A stretch of DNA of 64,000 nt from an uncultured delta proteobacterium (lineage in GTDB: Bacteria; Desulfobacterota; Binatia; JACPRU01): contig CAVUWD010000002.1 in the NCBI GenBank assembly GCA_963745025.1, positions 160,001 through 224,000 of the forward strand, written 5' to 3'. The translations under genes were made by a program, and so were the position numbers. Of the stretch, positions 10,180 through 18,620 are shown one piece after another. The notes beneath the pieces were generated by a model. The model was not told the origin of the DNA, did no database searches, and worked only from the letters and a program-made list of their open reading frames with translations. Every line of letters begins with the position of its first letter. Position 1 is the stretch's first letter.

Positions 10180-10968
10180 CTAGCCGAGACCGACCCAGCG
10201 CGGACGGGCACCCGTGCCCGGAATGAAATCGACGAGCACCACGCCGGGCATCCCGTTGTGCGATGCGGCCGTGGCTCCCGGATAGCGGACCGGGGTCGGG
10301 TGGTCGCGCACCTCGAGGTAGGCATGGACGTGGCCCAGAGCTACATAGTCCCAGGTCACCGCCGCGAGGTCGCTCGCGAAGATCGGCGAAGATCGGCCCG
10401 CTGAGCCGTCCTCGAGGACGAGCCCGTGCCCGGTCGCGATCGTCCACCGACCGGCCGGCGGCTCGGGCAGGCCCGCGAACGGGCGGTACCCGGGCTCGTG
10501 CTCGAGCATGGCGCGCCCCCAGACGACGACGTCGGTCCCGGGGATTTCCACGACGCAGCCATCGTGGTCGTCGATGACGCGCACATGCTCAAGCCCGGTG
10601 ACGCTCATCAAACGCTCGTGGACCGATCTCCCGTCGACGACGTCGTGATTCCCGCGGATGACGACGACGGGGCAGGCAAGCCTGCCGAACTGCTCGGCCG
10701 TCCACCGGAGCGTCTCGTCGGAGACGCGGACGTGATCGAAGAGATCGCCTGCGATGAGCACGGCATCGACGCACTCGTCACGGGCGCGCGCGATCGCGCG
10801 CTCGAAGGCCGCCTCCTCGTCGCGACGCGCACTGGTGCCAAGATGACAGTCGGACGTGTGCAGCACTGTCGCCGGCCGCCGCGGATCGGGGAGTCGAGGA
10901 AGCGGACGTTTCCGAAGGTCTCCTTTCAGTTCTTGAAGGTGGGTGTACTTTTTCGTTTCCTGGCTCAT
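10180..10968 (-). CDS. SbcD/Mre11-like metallophosphoesterase
   Basis: HTSDCHLG, IAGDLFD, GNHD, HG, YVALGHVH, YPG motifs. Confidence 0.85.
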   Translation of the reverse strand: MSQETKKYTHLQELKGDLRKRPLPRLPDPRRPATVLHTSDCHLGTSARRDEEAAFERAIARARDECVDAVLIAGDLFDHVRVSDETLRWTAEQFGRLACPVVVIRGNHDVVDGRSVHERLMSVTGLEHVRVIDDHDGCVVEIPGTDVVVWGRAMLEHEPGYRPFAGLPEPPAGRWTIATGHGLVLEDGSAGRSSPIFASDLAAVTWDYVALGHVHAYLEVRDHPTPVRYPGATAASHNGMPGVVLVDFIPGTGARPRWVGLG

Positions 10969-11020
10969 TCCGATTGCGGCCTGACGAATGGCCGGTAAGC
11001 TGCTGCGGCCCCGTGGGATG

Positions 11021-11233
11021 CTACCACGATTCGTGTCGAGTGCGGCTGCCGGCGACGCGGACGAGGACGTCGGCGCGAATCCGCACGTCGTTCCAGGTGA
11101 ACGCCGCCGCGTAGATCGCGGGCACCGCCGGATCGGCCAGCGCGCGGCGGGTCTTTTCCTCCGCCGTCCTCCACGGCGAACGAGGTACACCCGCCGCGCC
11201 CCCGGGGCCGGACTTGCACGTGCGGCGAGTCAT
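11021..11233 (-). pseudogene. Probable remnant of a DUF2779-type PD-(D/E)XK nuclease
   Basis: TRRALADPAVPAIYAAAFTWNDVRIRADVLVR resembles the family segment PAIFEAAF....VRVDIL; fragment only. Confidence 0.4.
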
Positions 11234-12165
11234 TCATGCGTGGGTCCGCTACCGTCCCAAGGCAGTCGGAACCCGCATTCACACAGACCGTAGCCGATGG
11301 TGCCGTCGGCAAGCCGGTACTCCATCATGTTCTCGCTCAGGAAAAAACCGTCGAAGGGGATGAACGCCCGGAAGATGGGCTTGGCGCTATACTCCCAGGT
11401 CCGGTCGAGGCTATCCCGGTATCGCCAGTGCAGGGATCTCACGGTCATCCCGTCGTCCGCGAACTCGACCCTGTCCTCGAGCTCCCGGACCGCCCGCCAG
11501 TCCGTGCCGTCGTAGAGCATTCTCATGTAGACGCTCTGGCCTTGGACCGTGGTCGCGTGGATCCCCGCGAAGGCGAGCCCATTGGCGAACACGGGCCACG
11601 AAAGGCGATAGTGGCCCAGTGCCTCCCAGTTGCGTACACCCCAGCTGATATCGCGAAACCCGGTGCCGTTCACTTCGATACCGGGTCCGCGCAGGCGAAG
11701 GGTGCCGGTGACGCGACCCGGCCCCTCGAGATGGGCCGCCGCGATCTCTTGGGCGAGTGTCCCGGCCTCGTTGCGCGTCATCGCGATGGCGTCGGCCATC
11801 GGGCATAGCCCCTCGAACGTCAGGCTCATGGAGAAGTCGTTGTCCGCGAACTCCAGCTTCGCTTTCTTCAAAGGCTCGATGGAAGCGAGCCGAAGGCCGG
11901 CAACCTCGACCCCGGCGTCCAGCCGATCGGATGTGTAGGGTGATGCCCCGCGGATCCGGTAGTAGGAGGGCTTTCCGTCCTGGAACAGAACCAAGACCAT
12001 GGTGGATTGTTTAAGGTTTTCCAGCAGGCCGATCCGCATGAAGCCCCCGGCGCGGTTTTGCGGATCATAAAAGTTGAAGTAATAGCTCTGGGACCAGTGG
12101 AGCTGGTCGTTCGCAGGGTGGTGCCCTTCGGCATTTTGCAACGCGTCAGTCATGGCAGTCTCCAT
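11230..12165 (-). CDS. Conserved beta-rich protein (AttH/tocopherol-cyclase-like, DUF7064/7065-type), partner of APH kinase
   Basis: WSQSYYFNFYD, HLEGPGRVTG, GFRDISWGVRNW, GYGLCE; family name recalled, not searched. Confidence 0.6.
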   Translation of the reverse strand: METAMTDALQNAEGHHPANDQLHWSQSYYFNFYDPQNRAGGFMRIGLLENLKQSTMVLVLFQDGKPSYYRIRGASPYTSDRLDAGVEVAGLRLASIEPLKKAKLEFADNDFSMSLTFEGLCPMADAIAMTRNEAGTLAQEIAAAHLEGPGRVTGTLRLRGPGIEVNGTGFRDISWGVRNWEALGHYRLSWPVFANGLAFAGIHATTVQGQSVYMRMLYDGTDWRAVRELEDRVEFADDGMTVRSLHWRYRDSLDRTWEYSAKPIFRAFIPFDGFFLSENMMEYRLADGTIGYGLCECGFRLPWDGSGPTHE

Positions 12166-12188
12166 CGTTCGGTCGAAGTTCCGATCGT

Positions 12189-13295
12189 TCAGATCTCGCC
12201 GTGCAGCCGTTCGAGCAGCCGGTCTTCGAACCACCCCCACGCGGGTCGCGTCGCCTCTCGCTGCTCCGGGGTCATGTGGCGCACGGCCACGTGGAAGATG
12301 ATCGTGAGCCGAGCGAGCGCAAAGGTTCGGTAGTAATCGAGGTTGGCGGGACGGTAATCGGTCAGTCTTGCGTACTCGTCCAGTAGTTCGGCGTGGGACG
12401 GGACGCCTTCGATGTGGGCGCCCTGCGAAACAAGTTCATTCGCGACGCCCAGGTAAGCCAGGTCTACTTCACGGTGGTTCAAGTTCGCCATTTCCCAGTC
12501 CAGGACCGCTGCGATCTTCGCGCCCGAGTCCTCGAACATGTAGTTCGCAGGGTTCGCGTCGCCATGATTCAAGACGCAGCCGCGGTCTCCGGGCTGATGG
12601 GCGACAAGCCAAGCGCGCACGCGAGAGAGCAGGGCCATCACATCCGGGCGCATCAGGGCGACGGCACTCATGTACCAGCTGAAATCCCGCTCGGGCCAGG
12701 TCTTTCCCTCGCCGCGATGCTTCAGAAACCCCAAACTCGCCGCCTCCCAGGCGAAGCCGTGAACCCTGGCCAGGGTACGTACGACGTTGAAGAGCATCTC
12801 TCGCCGCCCCTCAGCCGTTGCCTCGGCGATGACACCTGCCTGGAAGTAGTTCTGCGGCGATACACGCCCCACCACGAACTCCATGACGAACCCGGGGTAC
12901 TCGAGGAAGGTCCCGCTTGGGTCGAGCCACAGCGGCCTGGGGACCGGCAGCCCGGCACCGCTGAGGGCCCTCTGGACCGCAAACTGTGCCGGGATGTCGC
13001 ATAGATACGGGCCCAAGACACCTACGGGATAACGGTAGCGGAGGACGAACCTGCGCCTCTCTCGGCCTCTACCGAAGTCGGCGGTGGCTGAAAACGCCAA
13101 GATGCCGCTCGACGCTCCGGTTCGGGGTCGTTGCATCTCCCCGCATTCAACAGGGGCGCCGACGTCGGCCTGCGCGGAGAGAAACGTCTCGATGTTCCTC
13201 CGCCATTGGTCCACGTCGACCGACCCCGGTTGGCTGTCCCTCACGCCATCGATCATTTCGATGATTTTGCGCTGCTCGTCGTCCTGGTTGCTCAT
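12189..13295 (-). CDS. APH/ACAD10-like phosphotransferase family protein
   Basis: LPVPRPLWLD, FVMEFVVG, HGDANPANYMF, AVLDWEMA. Confidence 0.88.
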   Translation of the reverse strand: MSNQDDEQRKIIEMIDGVRDSQPGSVDVDQWRRNIETFLSAQADVGAPVECGEMQRPRTGASSGILAFSATADFGRGRERRRFVLRYRYPVGVLGPYLCDIPAQFAVQRALSGAGLPVPRPLWLDPSGTFLEYPGFVMEFVVGRVSPQNYFQAGVIAEATAEGRREMLFNVVRTLARVHGFAWEAASLGFLKHRGEGKTWPERDFSWYMSAVALMRPDVMALLSRVRAWLVAHQPGDRGCVLNHGDANPANYMFEDSGAKIAAVLDWEMANLNHREVDLAYLGVANELVSQGAHIEGVPSHAELLDEYARLTDYRPANLDYYRTFALARLTIIFHVAVRHMTPEQREATRPAWGWFEDRLLERLHGEI

Positions 13296-13396
13296 AGGGT
13301 CGCCTTCCTCCCACCCCGGATTTCCGAGCGTGTGACCGCGGCGCTCAAGGCGGCAGGGCACGGCGCACACTTCCAGCGCCTTGACGTGGCGCGACG

Positions 13397-13555
13397 GACG
13401 CGGAAACGCGAGCGAACGTCCTCGCGCTGCACCCGATCGGCCGGCTCGGCCGGGCCGAGGACGTTGCGCGCGCCATCCTCTACCTCGCCTCCGACGACTC
13501 GTCGTTCGTCACGGGCGCGGAGCTCGTGGTCGACGACGGCGTCACCGCGCAGTAG
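13397..13555 (+). pseudogene. 3' remnant of an SDR oxidoreductase
   Basis: [52 protein letters not shown]-stop with no N-terminal part. Confidence 0.75.
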
Positions 13556-13639
13556 CAGCATCGGCTGATCGTCCAGCAGCGACCACGCGGACACCTGCGA
13601 TGCGACGGCTGGCCAGCGGCGACGCCGCGATGCGGCCGT

Positions 13640-14050
13640 TCATGCCGGAGCTCCGGAATCCGAGAGCACGACATCGAGGACTACCCGCCGGCCGATGCGC
13701 CCGCCGATCCACGACACGAGATCGAGCATGCGCATCTGCAGACCGTACTTCGCCCGCAGTGCCTCGAAAGCGCGACGCTCGCGCTCGGGGTCGACGATTA
13801 CGTCTACGCTGCCCGGAAACCACTCACTCGAGACGGTTCCGACCGCGTTGCAGACGGCGATCGCGCAATGCGGATTCGCGCGAAGCCGCTTCACTTTCCA
13901 CGACGTACCATCGGTGAAAACGACGAGCGAACCATCGAGCCCGGCCACCCAGACGGGTGTATCGACGCTGGAGCCGTCCCGCCGAAACGTCCGCAGTGAT
14001 ACGTAGGTCGCTTCGGCGAGCACGGAAAGGGCTGAATCGTGAGCAGGCAT
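13640..14050 (-). CDS. PPOX-class F420-dependent oxidoreductase
   Basis: YVSLRTFRRDGSSVDTPVW, KVKRLRANP, ALRAKYG. Confidence 0.88.
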   Translation of the reverse strand: MPAHDSALSVLAEATYVSLRTFRRDGSSVDTPVWVAGLDGSLVVFTDGTSWKVKRLRANPHCAIAVCNAVGTVSSEWFPGSVDVIVDPERERRAFEALRAKYGLQMRMLDLVSWIGGRIGRRVVLDVVLSDSGAPA

Positions 14051-14101
14051 TTCCTTCAGTTAGGGCGGAGTCGGTCAGACGACAGGCGTTGTCGTGCCGG
14101 G

Positions 14102-14392
14102 TTAGGCGGGAGGCTCGCCCGGAAGCTGTGCCCCGTGCCAGACCGCGATCACCCAAACGCCCCGGTGCTCGACGCGGTAGAAGAAGCGGTACGACGCGAC
14201 GATGAGTTCTCGGTGCGGCAATTCGGGGAACTCAGGAATCGGGCGGCCAGACTGCGGAAGACGCTCAAGGCGCCGTAGCTTCGTCTCGGCACGACGGCGC
14301 AAGGCACGGGCCGCATCGGGATTCTCTTGATAAATGTGGCCAACGGCATCAAGGAATTGTTGACGCCCTGAAGGCGTGAAGCGAACCTTCAA
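14102..14392 (-). CDS. RelE/ParE family toxin
   Basis: 96 aa; PQSGRPIPE, RELIVASYRFFYRV, VIAVWHG; stop codon lies in GCCTAAC (attC R''). Confidence 0.88.
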   Translation of the reverse strand: MKVRFTPSGRQQFLDAVGHIYQENPDAARALRRRAETKLRRLERLPQSGRPIPEFPELPHRELIVASYRFFYRVEHRGVWVIAVWHGAQLPGEPPA

Positions 14393-14667
14393 CGGCGCCG
14401 CGCTAGCAAGTCGTCCGCTTCAGCCAGGACCGAATCCAGGTCGAACCCCTTGCCCTTGGAAATCTCACGGTCCCCGCGGGCTAGAAGGCGTAGGATTTGG
14501 CGCTCGTTCTCGGAGCGCTCGAAGGATTCCGGGCTCAGCATGATCGCAGCCGCGCGGCCGCGCTGCGTGATGACTACAGGCTGGGCGGACCGACGAACGC
14601 GTTCCAAGACCGCCGCCGCGTCCTGGCGAAGATCCGTGACGGGTACAATTTCGGGTAGCTTCGGCAT
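14389..14667 (-). CDS. Phd/YefM family antitoxin
   Basis: VPVTDLRQDAAAVL, PVVITQRGRAAAIML; overlaps toxin start. Confidence 0.9.
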   Translation of the reverse strand: MPKLPEIVPVTDLRQDAAAVLERVRRSAQPVVITQRGRAAAIMLSPESFERSENERQILRLLARGDREISKGKGFDLDSVLAEADDLLARRR

Positions 14668-14674
14668 ACTTCGA

Positions 14675-14703
14675 AAAGTACGTTAGACAATCTCTGAAAG
14701 CAA
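14675..14703 (-). promoter_or_regulatory. Sigma70-type promoter of phd-relE cassette (probably leaderless)
   Basis: TTGCTT-17 bp-TACTTT, ending 7 nt before the ATG. Confidence 0.55.
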
Positions 14704-14717
14704 CCCGTTCTTCTGCC

Positions 14718-14777
14718 GCCTAGCGCCCAGGATCAGCTGCGGCGCGGAGCGCCGGCAGCTGCGTGCTATTTTTAGGC
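14718..14777 (-). repeat. attC site, degenerate (60 bp)
   Basis: Minus: GCCTAAA AATAGC ACGCAGCTG CCGGCGCTCCGCGCC GCAGCTGA TCCTGGGC GCTAGGC; one mismatch in each R box. Confidence 0.75.
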
Positions 14778-14875
14778 GCCTCGTTCACGCGGCCGCCCAT
14801 TCCGCGGAGAGTAGAGCCGACGATGACACCGTCGCGAAGTCGCCATCTTTGCCCCTCGTTTCATCCTTGCGTTCG

Positions 14876-14971
14876 GTAGTAACGCCGCTTCGGGTCCTGC
14901 GGCCCCGTGCCGACCTCCCCAGCCCGCACGCCCGAGGCCCCGGCCGGCAGCTTCAGCAGGGTGTTCTAGGC
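14876..14971 (-). repeat. attC site, strongly degenerate
   Basis: Minus: CTAGAAC ACCCTG CTGAAGCTGCCGGCC ... GGCCGCAG ... GC GTTACTA, just after the MBL gene stop. Confidence 0.45.
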
Positions 14972-14981
14972 CGCAGCAGCT

Positions 14982-15722
14982 TCACAGAGATATCTCGAGC
15001 CCATCGTGACCGGCCTCAACTGGAAGCTCTGCCACGCGCGCCAGCATGTCGGGGCCCATGTGCGTGACGATGAGACGCTTGCAGCCAAGCTCAGAGCGGC
15101 GGCGCGCAAGGGTCGCGTAGTCGAGGTGGAATCGCACGGCCTTGTCGTAGAAGTACGCTTCGCAGATGAAGAGGTCGGCGCCCGCGGCGACTGGAATGAG
15201 GCGATCCGTCCACTCGGTGTCGCCCGTGTAGGCGATGGTGCGACCGTCGAGTTCGATACGGAGCGCGTAGGGCGGTGCCCCGCATGCATGGACGACCTCG
15301 TAGGGGGTAACGCGCACGGCTCCGATCGTTGCGGGACTGCCCTCAGCGAGCTCGAGGAACTCCGTCGCGAACTTCCGCTGCGCTCGCGAGGAGCCGGGGA
15401 AGAACACCTCCATCGCCTGGGTCACACGTTCGGTGAGACCTGGCGGCCCTGCGATCAGCAGGTTGCGCGAGCGGCGTGAGAACTGACCGTCGAGCAAGAA
15501 AAACGGGATGCCCCCGAAGTGATCTCCGTGGAGGTGGGTGATGAGGATGGTGTCGATGTCATTGGGGTCGATGTCCGCTCGCTTGAGTGCGATCAGCGAA
15601 GAGGCGCCGCAATCAACGAGGCAACGCAATCCTTCGGACTCCAGGAGGATGCAAGTCTGCAGGCGACCTCCGGTTCCGAATGCATCGCCACTTCCTAGGA
15701 ATCGCACTCGCACGCGTCCCAC
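14982..15722 (-). CDS. MBL-fold metallo-hydrolase (RNase Z/BN-like)
   Basis: FLGSGDAFG, LVDCG, THLHGDHFGG, YTGDT, LIVTHM. Confidence 0.9.
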   Translation of the reverse strand: MGRVRVRFLGSGDAFGTGGRLQTCILLESEGLRCLVDCGASSLIALKRADIDPNDIDTILITHLHGDHFGGIPFFLLDGQFSRRSRNLLIAGPPGLTERVTQAMEVFFPGSSRAQRKFATEFLELAEGSPATIGAVRVTPYEVVHACGAPPYALRIELDGRTIAYTGDTEWTDRLIPVAAGADLFICEAYFYDKAVRFHLDYATLARRRSELGCKRLIVTHMGPDMLARVAELPVEAGHDGLEISL

Positions 15723-16117
15723 CTTCCTCCCAGCTGCGACCTGTGGTTAGGTGGCGATGACCTTCGGGTCTCCCCACCGATTTCGGCCAATCTCACCGGG
15801 GGAATCGCGAATAGACTCCGCTCGACCCGGTCGATATCCCAAATGCTCACGCGGTTTCCCCATGCAACGAAAGAACCGACAACAGTCGGATAGTAACCCG
15901 GCTTCAAATTCCGCGGGTCCGTAATATCGCTCGTCCGCGATTCTTCGAACCGTTCAATTGCATGGCGAACGTGAGAATGTGCTTCGCGCAACAGCACACA
16001 GGGCAGGTAGAGCCCGTCCTTTAGGTATGCCGAACAACGAAACGAGTTCCGTAAGCGCAGGTCAGGTGTTGGCTCAACGTTCGTGCGCACCCACTGGATC
16101 ATTTCGCCGTATTTCAT
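15695..16117 (-). CDS. Hypothetical cassette protein, probably 3'-truncated
   Basis: Lower-GC ORF starting just after a collapsed attC and reading through the half attC at 15731-15752. Confidence 0.55.
   Translation of the reverse strand: MKYGEMIQWVRTNVEPTPDLRLRNSFRCSAYLKDGLYLPCVLLREAHSHVRHAIERFEESRTSDITDPRNLKPGYYPTVVGSFVAWGNRVSIWDIDRVERSLFAIPPVRLAEIGGETRRSSPPNHRSQLGGRWDACECDS
15731..15752 (-). repeat. Left half of an attC (R'' + L'')
   Basis: Minus: ACCTAAC CACAGG TCGCAGCTG, then abruptly the RBS/GTG of the MBL gene. Confidence 0.55.
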
Positions 16118-16124
16118 GCTTTCA

Positions 16125-16154
16125 GTCCGTCTACATCCTGCGATTAGACGGCAC
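16125..16154 (-). repeat. Collapsed attC (centre deleted)
   Basis: Minus: GTGCC GTCTAAT cgcaggat GTAGAC GGAC; GTGCCGTCTAA complements the cassette start TTAGACGGCAC at 16797-16808. Confidence 0.6.
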
Positions 16155-16159
16155 GCGCA

Positions 16160-16789
16160 TTAACCTGTGTAGCCGCAAACACCCATGCGCGGAGAGTTGA
16201 CCACGGGAAGGTAGGTCTCCTCCTCAGCGTGAGGGTGCTTCGCTGCATGATCCTCGCAGAGCAGGCCGGCACCCTCGTCGAGGCAAAACGGGCAGACCGT
16301 TGTTGCGGGTGCCGCGCACTCGGAACATGACCACGTCGGGGGATCGTTACGCGCTAGCACGCGTACGGCCGAACGGCCGGCTCTTCCCTCGCGCGTGCCG
16401 ATGACCTGACCGTTGAGAAGCGTCGTCGACCCAAAATCGTACTCGTAACGAAACTTTAGGCCCTTCGAGACCAGCACGCCACCGACTTTGGAACTCTTAC
16501 TCGGCTCGGCCTGGCCCACGTAGAACGCGCTCATGTGACCGCAGCACTCGAGCCATACCGAGCGGAGGAGCCTGTCGAGTTGCTCGAGAGTGGATTCGGC
16601 GCGAGCCTCGACATACAGCCAATACCGGGGGTCGCCCGGTGCTTCGAAGCGCAGCTGCACCAATCGCGCGGCCTTGCCCTTCGGATCGCGCGCCGCAACA
16701 CATTCCGCGAGATGACGCGGCATGGCGCTCTTGTCCGCGGTGTGGCCGCAGAGCTCACACGTTCCGGTATTGTCGGACCTTGGCATCAC
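16160..16789 (-). CDS. Cys-rich conserved protein with pRiA4b ORF3-like core (cassette gene)
   Basis: CELC..HLAEC, WLECCGHMSAF, YEYDFGSTT, CSEC..CPFC..CEDH, NSPRMGVCGY; RBS GAGGAG right after attC R'. Confidence 0.75.
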   Translation of the reverse strand: MMPRSDNTGTCELCGHTADKSAMPRHLAECVAARDPKGKAARLVQLRFEAPGDPRYWLYVEARAESTLEQLDRLLRSVWLECCGHMSAFYVGQAEPSKSSKVGGVLVSKGLKFRYEYDFGSTTLLNGQVIGTREGRAGRSAVRVLARNDPPTWSCSECAAPATTVCPFCLDEGAGLLCEDHAAKHPHAEEETYLPVVNSPRMGVCGYTG

Positions 16790-16802
16790 TCCTCTTCGTG
16801 CC

Positions 16803-16942
16803 GTCTAACGCCCCGGCGCTCAGCTGCGCCGAGCAGCGACCGCATACCATGAGACCAGCCGACCGGAGAAACGCAGAGCGCGAACCACCTACGGTCACAA
16901 TCAGGAAGGCGGCTCGGCGGCAGCTGCAGCGCCTGGTTGGGC
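16803..16942 (-). repeat. attC site, intact (140 bp)
   Basis: Minus: GCCCAAC CAGG CGCTGCAGCTGCCGCCGAGC ... GCTCGGCGCAGCTGAGCGC CGGGGC GTTAGAC; RYYYAAC/GTTRRRY with extrahelical bases. Confidence 0.88.
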
Positions 16943-16944
16943 GG

Positions 16945-16974
16945 CTTGTAACCCGTAACCCGATAGGTTACAAG
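16945..16974 (+). promoter_or_regulatory. higBA promoter/operator palindrome
   Basis: CTTGTAACC..GTAACC cgata GGTTACAAG nested inverted repeats 8 nt before the higB GTG. Confidence 0.65.
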
Positions 16975-16981
16975 AAACCCG

Positions 16982-17263
16982 GTGGCGATCCGGAGCTTCC
17001 GACACAAGGGGTTGGGGCGGTTCTTCACCACAGGAAGCGGCGCCGGAGTTCGGGCAAAGCACGTTGAAAGGCTTCGGTTGATTCTCGGCCGTCTGAACGT
17101 CGCCACGGAACCGCGGGACACGAACCTGCCGGGCTTGGAGCTGCACCCGCTAAAAGGCAACCAGAAAGGTCGATGGGCGTTGAAGGTTAGCGGAAACTGG
17201 AGGATCACGTTCGCTTTCGTCGGGAAGGACGTGGAGAAGGTAGATTACGAGGACTACCATTGA
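16982..17263 (+). CDS. higB: HigB toxin (plasmid maintenance killer family)
   Basis: [37 protein letters not shown]. Confidence 0.92.
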   Translation: MAIRSFRHKGLGRFFTTGSGAGVRAKHVERLRLILGRLNVATEPRDTNLPGLELHPLKGNQKGRWALKVSGNWRITFAFVGKDVEKVDYEDYH

Positions 17264-17271
17264 GGTCAGCC

Positions 17272-17556
17272 ATGAAGATGCACGATCCGCCGCATCCCGG
17301 GGAAGTGTTGAAGAAGCTGTGCCTGGAGCCGCTGGAGTTGACCGTAACCGAGGCCGCCAAGGCTCTCGGGGTCAGCCGCAAGACGCTGTCCGCGATCCTG
17401 AACGGTCGCGCTGGGGTGAGTCCGGAAATGGCTGTAAGGCTATCGATCGCGTTCGATACGACGGCCGAGAGCTGGTTGAATCAGCAGGTTCAGTACGATC
17501 TGTCGCGGGCGGAGCGGAAGAGAAAAAAACTGCGAGTGAGACAGCTCGCGGCGTAG
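17272..17556 (+). CDS. higA: HigA antitoxin (HTH XRE)
   Basis: [50 protein letters not shown]. Confidence 0.92.
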   Translation: MKMHDPPHPGEVLKKLCLEPLELTVTEAAKALGVSRKTLSAILNGRAGVSPEMAVRLSIAFDTTAESWLNQQVQYDLSRAERKRKKLRVRQLAA

Positions 17557-17570
17557 GGCTGCTCGAAGCT

Positions 17571-17681
17571 AGCCAACGCCCGCGGCTCACCCGCCGCGGG
17601 CAGCACCCGCATACCAGCGAATGCCTCGACCGGGGAAGAGAAGATCGCGCATCACGGACGGTCAATCAGGACGGCTGCTCG
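17571..17681 (-). repeat. attC site lacking its R''/L'' end, homologous to the 16803-16942 attC
   Basis: Shares loop segments CCGCATACCA, GACCGG, ACGGTC, AATCAGGA with the 16803 attC; ends GGGTGAGCCGCGGGC GTTGGCT. Confidence 0.7.
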
Positions 17682-17714
17682 ACTCAGCACGCTCCCAAGG
17701 CGTCTCATCGAGAG

Positions 17715-18125
17715 CTACACCGGTCGATGCTGGGTGCCCTTGCCGGCAGTGACGAAGAAGATTTCGCCCGGCGCGCGGACGACCTGGCGATGCCATACGC
17801 CGCGCGGAACGATGTATGCCTCGCCCCCGTGTAGCTCCACGACTTTTTCGCCGTCGGGCAGCTCGAGCACGAAATCGACCGCACCCGATAGAAGGTAAAC
17901 GAGTTCCTCGCCCTGGGGATGCAGCTCCCACGTGGTCGTGTTGCGGTCAAAGCGGTAGGCAAACGCCAGCCGGCCTTCCGCGTGGTGGTTGACCGTCTGG
18001 CTCCAGAAGTAGGGACCCACCTCGATCGGGAGGGCGCGTCCGTCGTCCGTGAGTTGCACGTAGGTTCGTTGAGGACTGAACGGGTTGCCAATCGAATCGC
18101 GCGGAGGAGCCTTCGGATCGTTCAT
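17715..18125 (-). CDS. Cupin domain protein
   Basis: WELHPQGEELVYLLSG, IVPRGVWHR. Confidence 0.88.
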   Translation of the reverse strand: MNDPKAPPRDSIGNPFSPQRTYVQLTDDGRALPIEVGPYFWSQTVNHHAEGRLAFAYRFDRNTTTWELHPQGEELVYLLSGAVDFVLELPDGEKVVELHGGEAYIVPRGVWHRQVVRAPGEIFFVTAGKGTQHRPV

Positions 18126-18199
18126 GCCCGCCACGGAATCAGAGCCGCTTCGCGTCTGCAAGGCTCGTGGGACTCGTCGTGCCGTGCGGCTGTTTCGCC

Positions 18200-18270
18200 A
18201 CCTAACGTTCGAGCTAACCGGCGACCAGTGGCCCCAGGCCGCTGGCCGCCGGTTGAGCGAGGGGTTAGCC
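18200..18270 (-). repeat. attC site, intact (71 bp)
   Basis: Minus: GGCTAAC CCCTC GCTCAACCGGCGGCCAG..CTGGTCGCCGGTTAGC TCGAAC GTTAGGT. Confidence 0.88.
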
Positions 18271-18305
18271 CGCAGTCTGGGCGAAGCCGAAGGCGATGGC
18301 CACTA

Positions 18306-18620
18306 TCACTTGCGTTTCAGTCCATCTCGCCAGGCAATAGCCTCGAGTTCGACGCGGATAGCGTCCTCGACGGCAATCACGGGTCGTGCCTGGAATTCGA
18401 AAGCAGGCAAGGTCGAACAAAATTTGTGAATGGCCAGCGGATCGTCGCAGTCTACCAACACATGCCCACCCCACTCGCCGACTCGCACTACGAACAACTC
18501 GATCTTGAAATTGGCGGGTGCCTTCCATTGACCGAACACCTCAAGTATCCGCTTCTGGGTATTCTCGTACTCCGCAGGCGAACCTTGCGGGCGTTCGAAC
18601 CAGCTGATCATGTACTTCAT
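18306..18620 (-). CDS. DUF3303 family protein
   Basis: MKYMISWFERPQGS..EYEN.QKRILEVF, RBS AAGGAGG. Confidence 0.75.
   Translation of the reverse strand: MKYMISWFERPQGSPAEYENTQKRILEVFGQWKAPANFKIELFVVRVGEWGGHVLVDCDDPLAIHKFCSTLPAFEFQARPVIAVEDAIRVELEAIAWRDGLKRK

Larger units (their letters stand above)
14096..18270 (-). mobile_element. Integron gene-cassette array lacking an integrase in this window (CALIN), partly decayed
   Basis: Series of attC and attC-half sites in one orientation separating short co-oriented genes and two TA pairs. Confidence 0.8.
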
